From assembly GCA_001643675.2 (NCBI GenBank), contig LSRY02000026.1:1255189-1319188 (forward strand): a DNA stretch of 64,000 nucleotides, read 5' to 3'. Below are positions 13,213 through 24,870 of the stretch, piece after piece; the first letter of the stretch is position 1, and each line of letters starts with the position of its first letter. The DNA comes from Monocercomonoides exilis PA203 (Eukaryota > Protista > Preaxostyla). The notes below the pieces were generated by a model that was not told where the DNA came from, searched no databases, and saw only the letters and a program-made list of their open reading frames with translations. The translations under genes were made by a program, and so were the position numbers.

Positions 13213-13655
13213 AACTTACCGTTTATTATTTTTTGAATCTGGGGAAATATTTTTTTACCCGTATTTGTATGGAAAAACATGTACTTCAGCATTTTCACAC
13301 AATCATTTGCAGATTTGTTTGATAGATACTCCCAAACATCTCTGCATCTTTCGCTTTTCCTCGAGTTTGATAAAAGAGAAAACTTGATTCGTTCCATGAT
13401 TCAACAAAAAATAGTTTATTCTTTGTGATAACAAAGTTCCACAAATGGGATGATCTGCGAAATCTTTTGTTGTTGATAATTTTAACTTTTAAAAACTAAC
13501 ATCAATGCGTGGAAAATGAATAAAGAGCACATGTATTTTTTGAATTGATGGATATTGAACACTTTTCAAATTTCAAGTATTAGATTTTATTTAGCGTTTT
13601 CACTGAGAATTTTCTTAATTATTAGTTTATCCTGACAAATATTCATTGAACGAAA

Positions 13656-13680
13656 GGGGGGGGGGGGGGGGGGGGGGGGG
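13656..13680. repeat. Poly-G tract (25 nt)
   Basis: Direct observation. Confidence 0.9.
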
Positions 13681-15893
13681 AAATGTGTTTCTGCAGAACG
13701 GAAGCTTGCACCGATACAACTTTTGAATGAAACCAGGTTTGGCTGCTTTAAACGATTTTTATTTAAAGCAATACAAATTTTCACAAATTCTCCTTTTTAT
13801 TCCCTTTTGTGTCATTTCAATTCAACAAAAGTGAATTGCAGAGATTCCAATTTAAAAAGCAACAATAATAGAAAAAAATATTGGCTCTTGAAAAAGATGT
13901 GCTTTTATTTAACGATGTTCGACAAATAGATCACATGAATATATTTGCTCAATCAATTGTAGAAAATACATCCAATGTTTTCTTATCAATCCACTGTTTT
14001 CCGGTACATTCAAATTCATTTGTTTGCTCCTTTATGATTTTCTCTCCTTTGAATAAGTGCTTATTTATAAGGCATCTGCAACCAGACATCCTCTAAGTTA
14101 AAAATTTCATTAGGCTTTAGAGAGAATATTCGAAAAACCATCCAGAGCAAACAAATTTTTATTACATGTAGTCCACTCAGTGAGAGCAATGCTGAATGAG
14201 AGATTACTAAACAGATTAGAATGAATATTTGAGGAAGCAACGTGCCTAGAAGCAGTTGTGCAGATGATAAAAAGCAAGAGATATCAAAACTTGATGAATG
14301 ACATTATATGACTCCAACGAGCGCAGCTGAAGCAGTTAGGGAAGAACAATGAGGAAGGAAGAGAAAGAGATAATTGCAGCGAGGGATAAGAGGAAGAAGA
14401 GTAAAAAAAAGGAAATAAAAGAATTGAAGTTATATACTGAGATGAAAAGTCGAACAAAGTTGCTGAACATATATCGGAATATGGAAGAATTGAAAGTTTT
14501 GTCGAGTATTCACAAGAATATAATGAAAAAGTTTTGATACTGTCTATTTATCTGTTTTAGAAATGCTTTTAAGGGAAAGTTGAAGAAGATGTGATGGTAG
14601 AAGAAAACAAAGAAAAAATAGAGAAAAATAGGAAGAAAAAGAAGCGATTAAACCGATAAATGAAACAGCAACGCATAAAAAAGTTCGTTCAAATGAAAGT
14701 GGTGAACAGCAAAGCCAATGAGAATGATCGAGAAGATCTGGATACATCGCAATCCATCAATTTCTTGATCTGATAATAACATCGACTTTTTCTATTATAA
14801 ACATATGCTTTTATTAATGAAACTTTGGATTCATTCCTGTCGAATTTTTGGTAGTTTTCGCATGAAACAAGCGAAAATACAAGTTATTCTCATTTATCAT
14901 CATCGTCAACAATTGGCTCATTGCCTTATCATTACTCTTCGCCAAGCAACATGAATGCACGAAATTCTTCGTTCACTTCTTTTTCTCCTTCTCCTTCTCC
15001 TCCTTCATCATCATCATCATCATCTTCTTCTTCTTATCAGCATTCTTCATCAACCATTTCACTCAACTCACATTTTCCTTCATCAAAATTCATTTTTCTT
15101 TCACAATTATCGAAAAAATACTTTTATCTCCTTTCATATCGCAACCTCATCTTCAAACAAACTTGTTTCTTCCTTAGCCAATATTGCTCAATTGCGGAGC
15201 TTCAGCAGATAATTTTTTCACAACTCTTCCACAATCGCGCTCCTCTTTCATCTTCCATTCGACTATCTTTCATTTCCGAGCTTCAGCTTCCTTTCAACTT
15301 TCAATCAACAGTCTATCTGTTTCAAAATAATCATTCTAAAATGGCTGCGCCAACTTCAAAATATTTATTCAACCTCAAAGGGTTCTGTGAAGCATTGTGT
15401 TTACAGTTGGAATTGCTCTCAATTTGTGATTAGAGTTTTGGAGCAAGAATTTGGTTTATTCTTGTTTACTGATTTTTTTAATTGTTCTTTTCAAACTTAT
15501 TGAATTTTTGGAAATGTTAAATATAAAAATAGTCACAAAAAAATAAGTTTCTACGTTGATTTATGATCTTTTGGTTGCATTTTTAAAAATACAATAATAA
15601 CAAATAAACAATTGAAAAGAGAAATTCACAAAAGTCACTAATTACAAATATAAACGACCATTTTAACAAAGGAAATGGCATATGCATGAGTAGTCAATTT
15701 GGTTGTTTACACTTTACACTTCTCGAAAGAACTGAAGAAATCTGATATACATTTACAAACTTTATTGATGTTTACACAGTCAAATACAAACATTCTGTTA
15801 TATCTCCTTTTATTTTGCAATCAATATAAACCGAATTTTTTGAATATTAACAATTCAAAGTTCGATGTCATGCAATCTACAACGATATTTCAA

Positions 15894-15952
15894 AAAAAGA
15901 AAAGAAAAAGAAAAAGAAAAAGAAAAAGAAAAAGAAAAAGAAAAAGAAAAAG
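15894..15952. repeat. (AAAAAG)n microsatellite
   Basis: Direct observation; source of the KRKRKR ORF. Confidence 0.9.
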
Positions 15953-16124
15953 AAAGAAAAAGGAAAACACAACGAAGTTTCATCATTTTGAGGTGAATGA
16001 CTTCATCAACTGTTGAAACTTTCTGATGCGAAAATTGAAGAAACCAAAGTGAAGCTTGTTTGTCAACTTTTAAAAAATTATCTCACATCTCTTTCACATT
16101 TTTATTTCAGGAAAACAGCACAGC

Positions 16125-19100
16125 ATGATTCTTGTCGTTCTAATTTTTTTGTCTTCGTCTTATTCAACTGAAGCAGAACATAGATCTTCTTCTCCATTCA
16201 GGAGGCAGAGCAGCGAAGAGAAGAAAGCGGAAGGAGATGACAAGAAATTATCATCTTCATCTTTGCCTGCAATTAACTCTTCGCATGCGTCGGCGGTTTA
16301 GTCGTCATACACATCGACCGGAGCGATGTACGATATCGAGAGGTGGCTGGGGTGTATGAAAATCAAAAGATTTCGTAACTGATGAAGCAACAGACGCTTC
16401 AAGGGATATGTTGTGGCTCGGCGGGGAGTGCTGAATGGAGGTGTTACGTGTGCATACGATGTGATGCTTTCTGCGATGCTTTTGGTTCTGCTGGTAGCGC
16501 AGATTCTGTCACATTCAGCGTCTGTGGGAATGAAGTCGGTGAGTAAGTGGATCGTTGCAGCGGCAAATGTAGGTGCGCTCCCATTGATCTACGATCTATT
16601 TGAACCGTCGCTGCTGCCGTCTGTGATAGCGCGGCTGGTGTCGCAATCGCTGCAGTCGAGGCGTGTGGTAGAAAAGCTGGAAGGCAAATTGATGGGATGA
16701 AGGAGAAGAGGAAAGGAGTGAAGAGAAAAAGATTGAAGAGGAAGAAAAGGAGAGAGCGAAGAATGAGAAGAAGGGGATTGAGAAGAGACTGGTTTCGCTG
16801 ACACAAATGATCGGGATAGAGCGGATTGTCCCACTACGTGATGTGAGCGAGAAGATGGTGATGAAGGAAGGGAAGGCGATTCTGTCTGCAGATTGTCCTT
16901 GTGGGGAATATGAGCTATTTGAGTGGGCGACGGGGCTGCGGACGTCTATTTCGCTGAATGAGTCATGAAAGATGGTTGAAAACAACGAGAAAGATGGAAT
17001 GAAGGGTGAAAACATTATCGAAAAATCGAAAGAAGAAATCAATTGCGGTGTGAGACAGGACAATACATCGCTTCTAAATGGTATGCGGAAGACTTGGTGA
17101 CGAGGAGGTGATGCTGCAGTTGTGATTGTGGGAGTTAGGCAGATGAGAGAAGGAGCGGAAGCAAGAAAAGTGGAGGTGACTTTGAGCAACTGCACAGTGA
17201 TTACGCGTGTGCATGTGTTTGGGAGTGTGCTTGCGCAGGTGTTTGATGCAGAGATGCAGCTGACGGGGTTGGAGTAAGGAAGTCAGGCAGAGGTGGATAC
17301 ATCAAAGGTGGTGGGGTCGTTCTTCACGTCGGACAAGAGGCTGGGCACAGAGCAAGAATACATCCAGCGAAGATAGACGTCAGCAGTGCGACTGGGGAAC
17401 ACGCTGGATGCGCCTTCTGTGCTGATGCACAGGGTTGTGACGCAGGAGACTTAGAGGAAGGAGGCAAGTGCATTTGCAGGGGATCTGATCTGCGGAGGAG
17501 CAGCAAGCGGAGAGATGATGATAGACATGTTGGCGAGGAAGAAGAAGAAGATGATGATGAACGTTGTGATAGGAGAGGGAATGGGAGCAGCGCAGAACTG
17601 GAGGAGAAGTGTTTCAGACTGGAAGAACATCAACTTTTTGGAGGTTACAAGTGCAGTTGTGCTGAACGAAGCACCATAGGAAGGAAAGAGGAGGCGTGCG
17701 GTTATCCCGAAGGAAGTGATTGCAGGGAAAGGGCAGAGCACTGTTTCAGTGGTGGCGACAGATGATGAGCATGTGGTGGAGAAGGTGGTGGGTGTGGATC
17801 TGAGTCCGTTACGTGGGAGATCGAAAACGGAGGGAAGAGAAGGAGAAGAAGAAGGATGATTGAGGGAAATGCAGCTGATGAATGTGTTTGACCCGAAGAA
17901 GAATGTTTTACAGAAGATGCACTCGGAGCTGATTCTGAAAGAAAGTGTTGAAAAGAAGATATTGTGAAGCAATTGATGAAAACGAAGAGGAAGAGAAAAA
18001 GGAAGAAGAAAAGGAGAAAGAAGAGAAGGAGAAGAATTGCTGGAGAGGAGTTTGAGGAGGTGTGTGGCGTCTGTGGAGAAAGTGAATGAGAAGCTGAAAT
18101 CGCAAGAAAGAGTCAAGAAATTAGAGAAGAAACTGTTTGAGACAGCTAATCAATTGAGATTAGTTGTTGGTGGTTTCATTGATGCAGAAGAAGAAGAAGA
18201 AAGAGGAAGAAAGAGCAGTGTGAAAGGAGCATCGGGACGAGCATTCAACAAAGGAGGGGATTTGGGGAAGATGGAAATGCAGGTGAGGACGATGGAAGGG
18301 AAGATAATTCGAGTTTGTGTGACGAAGAAGACTACTGTGGAGGAGCTGAAGGAACTTGTGCGGAAGAAAGAAGGGATTCCGCTTGACATGCAGAAGATTG
18401 TCTTCAACGATGTGCAGCTGAGTGACATGCGCACGATGAGCGGGTGCTTCATCCGGAACGACGAAGAGCTGAAGCTGATGCCGTGTCTGCTGGGGGGTGC
18501 AATGGATGTTCAAGGGCAGATGGTGCAGATGGAGAAAGGATCGAGGCCTGGAGCGAGAATGGCAATGCCGATGGTCGGGATGGCTAGGGCAGGTGCGGAG
18601 GCAGGATAAGGGCAGAGGCCGAGAATATCGATGCAATCGAATGCATGGCAGAGGATAAGCAATGCTGGCGTGATGCCTCGTTGGGCAAATTATTTTTGTG
18701 GCTCTTTCTTTATGGCTATTCCATCAGATCCTCAGATGGCGATGCCTATGGGAATGCAGATGACAGCAGAGAATGTGCACTATGGCTTCACTTCTGCTTT
18801 AAGTGGCTCTTGCGACTTTTCTGCAGATGGTGGTGCTTGTGCTGAGGAAGAAGAAGAGATCGCTCCAGTTGCGAAGTTCCAGCAGGTGGTGAACACGAAA
18901 GAATACCGAGAGAACCAATATCATCGTTTGGCGTCATCTCGTTCTGTGCTGATTGAGTGGAACCATTTCTTCCTGGACTATGCGCGACATCTGTTTGGGT
19001 GTGTCGGGGAGGAGATGGGCAGGGATGCGCGCGAGTGTGGGAGGGCCGTTCATTTTGTGTCAGCGAATGTGATTGAATACACTGATTCATTTGCGTCAGT

Positions 19101-19782
19101 GGCGTTTGCAGCCGCGCTGACAGATGTTTGTGTGCATCCTGTTTGTGTGGAAAAGGCGATTGAGATGAGGGGAGGAAGTGCGAGTGCGTCTATTTGGAGC
19201 AAGGACACAGCTGTGGTGCTGTTTGTGAAGGAGATGGAGGAATTTGAGGGAGGGAAGGAAGGAACTGAAGAAGGAGAAGGAGAAAAGGAAAGAGAAAGAG
19301 AAAGAGAATAAGAGAGACAAGTGAGGAAACAAGGGCTGCAGTTGAATGGCTTGGGGAAACGAGTGGAGATGAAACAGGTGGTTGTGTAGGAGTTTGTGTA
19401 TAACGTAAGCGAAGAGTGGGAGATGAATGAGGAAGGGAGGAAGGCGAGGAAGTATGCGGAGTGGGAGAAGATGCTAGCGGGGAGGGTGTATGTGTGCGAT
19501 GTGGTGCTGACGAACACGACGGCAGCGCAGAGGTCGATGGAGGTGCTGATGCAAGTGCCAGGACGGTCAATTGTGCTGCAAAGGGGCAGTGCGACGAGGA
19601 CACGGAGCGTTGTTCCGGGTGCGTATGGGACGCAGACGGTGTCGTATGTGGTCTATTTCCCGGAGAGTGGGGAGTTTGTGCACTATCCTGCGTTGGTGGC
19701 GATGCGGGGGGGGGGGGTATGTGTGCTGCAGCCGAGAGGGAATGCACCGGGTGAGGGCGGAAGCAGAAGGTGTGGCTGGTGA
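16125..19782 (+). pseudogene. Decayed large GC-richer gene with an embedded ubiquitin-like domain; C-terminal part resembles the Dictyostelium AbpF / bacterial macroglobulin-like family
   Basis: ORFs 18037-18609, 18631-19311 and 19396-19782 are in one frame, broken by TAA/TAG. Motifs TKEYRENQY, NHFFLDYARH and VYVCDVVLTN..VLMQVP..YFPESGEFVHYP. Family call is from recalled motifs only; start is approximate. Confidence 0.55.
18271..18498 (+). other. Ubiquitin-like domain (exactly 76 aa, ends LLGG)
   Basis: MEMQVRTMEGKII...TVEELKELVRKKEGIPLDMQKIVFNDVQLSD.RT....I.....L.L...LLGG aligns without gaps to ubiquitin/NEDD8. Confidence 0.85.
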
Positions 19783-20992
19783 TAAAGATAAAGCAAGCTT
19801 GTCACAGGAGAAAAGATGTTGCCATATGTGTGGAATACAACATCACCAGCCGAGTGCAAAAAGTTCGAGAAGAAGAAAAAGTCGAGACACTCGATCCGTT
19901 CGTTCGAACAGGTTTCAAAGATTGTAGGGCGGCGCTGATGAACGAGTCTAGATGGTTGAATGCAGAAGACGGAGACTCAAGCGGGTTGATGCTCACGCTG
20001 GTTGCGCTTAACATTTTTTGATGTTTTCTGGGTCACTTCTTCAAATACACTCCATTCAATAACAACATCTTGTTCAACTTCATTTTTTAACTCTTTTTGA
20101 ACTCTTTCAAATGCTCAATTCACTTACTCCTTCCGGCTAAATATTCTTCATCGTCAAATTAAAAATGTTAAAAATTGTTATTGACAACATGAAATATTTC
20201 CCTCTGAAAATTCACCGATCGTTGTAATAGTTATATGCAGAAGTTATATTTTTTGAGAATATTGCAACAAAAAAACGGATTCAAAAAATCCAAATATAAA
20301 TTAAACTTTAAAGAAAAAACAAATTACAAATAACCAATTATAAAAATGCTTCTTTTGCTCAAATTTTTGTGAGATGTATTTGCTTATACAAAAAGTTGAT
20401 ATCAATTCTGAGATTTGAAAATTTCTGATTGAATAAAATTTTATATACGTATCTTAATATTTAATTTTCTCGAAAAAGAATCGAAACATCCATTGTAAAT
20501 TTTGTAAACATCTATTTTCAAGATAGATCAAAAAGAAAAAACTCTAATTCACCAAAAATCAGCAATTGTAATTCTTATGAGATCAAAAAACATAACTTTT
20601 TAAATCTGATTGATTGTCGACCAAATGAAGTTTGTAACATGTTTTAAAATATTATCACGATAACATTTGTTTTTCAAGAATAACGGAAACTGAATGAAAA
20701 AAAACAATGTCGATGTTTCAAAATTATGATAAAAAGCTACAATTCAAGTTTAAAATAAAGGATTTCGAAGAGTTTCACGAGAGATTTAAGCTTTATTGAT
20801 TTTTAGATGATTTCCGTTCAAATTCTTATTGAAAAATTTTCGAACCAAAAAAAATCAGACCGAAAATTTTGACAGATAAAGTATGATCCCAAAAAGAATT
20901 ACCCATATGTATTGGAAAAAGAATGAAAAAGATGAAACAAATGAATGTGTACCGAAAAGAAAAACATTAACAGTGTTGATAGTATTTGATAT

Positions 20993-21491
20993 GGGTGATT
21001 GTTTTAAAGTTCGATTTTTCTCTATCATCATTTTCGGTTTGAGAATTCACCAAGAATAGAGATAAAGGAACATTGCGAAGTTGTTACTTTTTTTTAAGAT
21101 AATTATTTATAAATACATTCTTTTACGTCGTCTTTTAAACAAGTATCATGATTTTAATCTTTTCAAAGAAAAAATCCTCATCAAAGAAAATAAACATTTG
21201 AAAAAGCAGCACCCTGAAAAAATATATGGGTGATTCTTTTTGAAAAGTCACAAATGTTTAATTTTCAAATATATCAAAAATTTCATTTATTGTTCAAATT
21301 ATTGTTTCAGCTCACAAATCTCCTCAAGAATGTTTGAAATAGCATTCTTAAGAAATCGATTCCATTTATGTGGAGTTTGATATTTGTTAACAAAATATTT
21401 TGCAAAATATGTAATTTTTGATTTATTTGAAAATTAAACATTTGTGACATTTCAAAAAGAATCACCCATATGATTTTTAAAATAAACGCCC
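20993..21491. mobile_element. GGG-terminus MITE (outer), ATAT TSD
   Basis: Left end ATAT|GGGTGATTG and right end AAACGCCC|ATAT. Removing the inner MITE restores an end matching the 49681 MITE. Confidence 0.65.
21228..21467. mobile_element. GGG-terminus MITE (inner), about 55-bp TIRs, ATAT TSD
   Basis: GGGTGATTCTTTTTGAAAAGTCACAAATGTTTAATTTTCAAAT ... ATTTGAAAATTAAACATTTGTGACATTTCAAAAAGAATCACCC, with ATAT on both sides. Confidence 0.85.
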
Positions 21492-22658
21492 ATATTTTTG
21501 GGCGATTATTTTTGAAATCACATCTTTATTCGGAGTGTTGATATTTCAAACATTGTTTATCATTGAGTATTGAATTTATATTCATATGCAAATTCATAAT
21601 ATCTGTTTCAAAAACAAATACTTAGCTCAAATAAAGATGCGGACGAACTTATTTAAGCCTTTTCATTTTTCATCGTTAACTTAAAAGCTTTTGCGACAAA
21701 TTGATTATTCGAAAAATTTCAAAGCAATAATACGAAATCAAAAATAATACCCAATTTATTACCGTATTTTTTTGGACACGCTTGTGTCCATATACTCTCC
21801 TGGATTTCACAATCTTCGTTGTAAATGTCAACTTTTCCTGATTCGATTTGGAGAATGCACGCGTTATCATCTCCTTCTTCATCGCAAATATCTCGGGGGT
21901 TAAAAGCAACTGTGTATTTGTAATATTGAAATATTTAACAAATGAGGTGATCTACATTTTTTTTTCTCGGCAGTTCAGTTATTAAGAAAAAAAAACATTA
22001 ATTAATTTATCATCAATTCCATCAAAATGTTATGATCGATAAAAATGAAATTATCAAATTTTATTCACATTGAATCGCATTCCTGTTTCAGTATTTTCGA
22101 ATTCACAAATTAAAAAAACTTTCAAATGTTGTCAACCATAAGCTCTCAAACACTTACACATACACAACTCATTACTGTTAATTATCGTTCCTTCCAATAT
22201 AAAAACTTCAAAAAAGAGCATTAGAATCTCCTTTTTTTCTTTTATTAACTCAAATGATATTATATTTAACCATTTCATCATATCATTTCTTTCCGTTGAA
22301 CCTAAATAAACAAATTTTTGTTACATTCTTCCTACACGCTCCCTAATGTTGTTTATTTTTCCACAATTAATTGCATCATCAATTTCCAAAACAATATCTT
22401 CTTTTCCGAGTATTAGTCTCACACTCAAAATGAGAATTCATGATAATGATGTAGAAACAATATGCAAATAAGCTATTGTTTAACGACAAACTACTGTCTG
22501 ATATGAGCGTTAATCAATTCATATTTTGGGTCAGAAATTAAATATCTGCGACACATTGAAAAATAGTTAACTCACGACAGTCATTGCCCGGAAGTAACAT
22601 GAGTACCGTAGGTATATACCACATGAAAAATAATCACGATACTACCCATTGTTCATAA

Positions 22659-22727
<69 letters not shown>

Positions 22728-23193
22728 AATTATAAAATCCATTTGTATAATATAAAATGGATTTCAAAAACAAATCAGTTTTTCTTTGCATTTCGAGTTT
22801 TAAAATCGAAATATTAATTTTTTTGTTGGATTGATAAAAAATTTTTCTATACACATCACTTCACCTAAAAAATGTTCACATCCAAAGGCATGTGCTGCAG
22901 ATGTTAATCAGAAATAATAAAGAATAAGAAAAATAATGTTGTTTTTCAGATGATAAATATTTTGAAATATCCTTCAAATATTTAATGAATTTACTGCAAG
23001 CCGAACACCTCCTTTATTTTTTGTTTCGTTGACTAGGGTGAATTTCAAATTTTTTCTTAATGATGTTCATTTTTTCGTATAATAAAATAAGATGATATTG
23101 ATCAATCTCTCCACACTTTCTTTCAAATCTTGAACGGGCTTATTACAATAAACAAAATCTGATGTCTTATTCGGAACAAAAGACATGACTTAT

Positions 23194-23250
<57 letters not shown>

Positions 23251-24208
23251 GTTGAATGATTTGAATAATCAAAACTTATATAAACTTATTTTTTTTTTTG
23301 TAAATGAAAAAATCTAAAAAACTGTATCTTTGATCTTTTCGCATAAAAATTTCAACAACTTTAGATTTTCTGATGCTGATTTGAACAAAGAATATCTTTC
23401 AGCCATATTTATTGTTGTTTTAATCATAAATATTTCAATATTATTTTTAAAAGTAAAGAGTGAATTTGCGAAAACTTTTCTTGAAGAAAGAAAAAAGAAT
23501 TGAATAAAATACTAGGACGAACATTTCATTATAAAAATAATGTTACGTTGTTTGTTCTTCATATATAATTTGTTTCACCAGCATTATTTCAAAATGAGAA
23601 TTTTTGCAAACGAATTATTAATTAAACAAACGAAATTACGAAATTTGTTCAAATAAACAAAAATAAAGACAAAATTAGAATTTTTGCAATAGATATGAAA
23701 ATCTCTCATATATTTATTAGAATAAAAAATTTTTGAAAAAATAATTCTTTAGCGAAAAATTGAAAGTTTTCAAAAATATTATTCACACACACAAGAAGAT
23801 TATTCCAATACACAATTTGTGCAAATACATGAGTCAATATGGTTTTAAAACATTTTCGTAATTGTGAACAAAATTTTATTTTTTAAGAATTGATGATTAA
23901 TTTGCATTCAAAAATTATTTATTTTACAACTCAAAAATTCTCGTTTTATTTGCAAAATTATTATTTTGAATGCAAAGTTTATTATTATAGATAATAACTG
24001 TTGTTATTAATATTGTGAAAAAAAAAGGTAAAAAAAATCAAAACTTCATTTAATGGTTGTGCTTAACAAACACTAATGAAAATCAAAAACAAATAAATTA
24101 AATAACAGATAGAAAAGTCATGCCGCATTAACATCAATTATTAATCGATGAAATTGAAGCAGTGCTCCTAATAATGACTATTTTTGCTCAAAAAAAAACT
24201 AAAAGATT

Positions 24209-24282
24209 CGCCCGCTGAGGGGGTCGAACCCTCGACCGTTAGATTAAGAGTCTAACGCTCTACCGTACTGAGCTAAGCGGGC
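24209..24282 (-). tRNA. tRNA-Lys(CTT)
   Basis: GCCCGCT acceptor stem, TAGCTCAG..GGTAGAGC D arm, TTAGA-CT CTT AA-TCTAA anticodon arm, GGTTCGA T loop, T-rich terminator downstream. Confidence 0.95.
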
Positions 24283-24870
24283 TCAACGGCTAGCGTGTCA
24301 AATACCCGGGAATAATTCCCTTTCTAATTATTAAAAAAAAATCAAACAAAAATAAATCCCATTTTGAGTTCGAAGCAAAATGTTCTTAGTGATTTTTCTT
24401 TCTAATATGAACAAGTTGACTTGAAACAACTTATGATTCAACTGTTCATTTGAATGTTTGTAACATTTTTTCTTTGTTTTATTCACTAACTTCTAATTCT
24501 TTGATAATTGCTTTTTCATATTTTTCATTCGATTATTCGATGAATCCAAACTAACGCAAAAACAACAGATGTAATTATTCACCACAATTCATGTGGAAGA
24601 ATGTACAAATGAGTTTTTATAAAATTCAACAAGTTTGTTATGTTTATTTTGTTTTGACATAAAAATTGAGTTTGTATTTTGTTTTTCTTATTGAATAAAA
24701 ATATTCGCTTATATGAATGTTTTCGTTGATTTTCTATTACGAATTCTTTCAAGTTATAAGCAATATAAAGTCTGTACTGAAATGTGCTAACGGGGAAGTT
24801 GAAAATCCAATATTCAATTATTTCGCCTATGTGATAACAAGTATCTTAATCAATTAACATGTAATTTAAC

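Larger units (their letters stand above)
7556..13397 (-). pseudogene. Sola2-like DDD transposase with internal ubiquitin-specific protease (peptidase C19) domain; multi-exon, one in-frame TGA and one frameshift
   Basis: Transposase motifs TDLCNLC, LFDFKENW, LSHD, ICDTGPHFRN and, after a 1-nt shift near 8090, KHGKSECDGEFG continuing into ORF 7556-8026. USP Cys box LPNMGNTCY and His box LFHQGSKESGHFYS..WYICDD. ORFs 10261-10803 and 8047-10233 are in one frame across a single TGA. Upstream exons 13397-13220, 11282-~11049 and ~10968-10868 join in frame through GT-AG introns. Confidence 0.75.
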
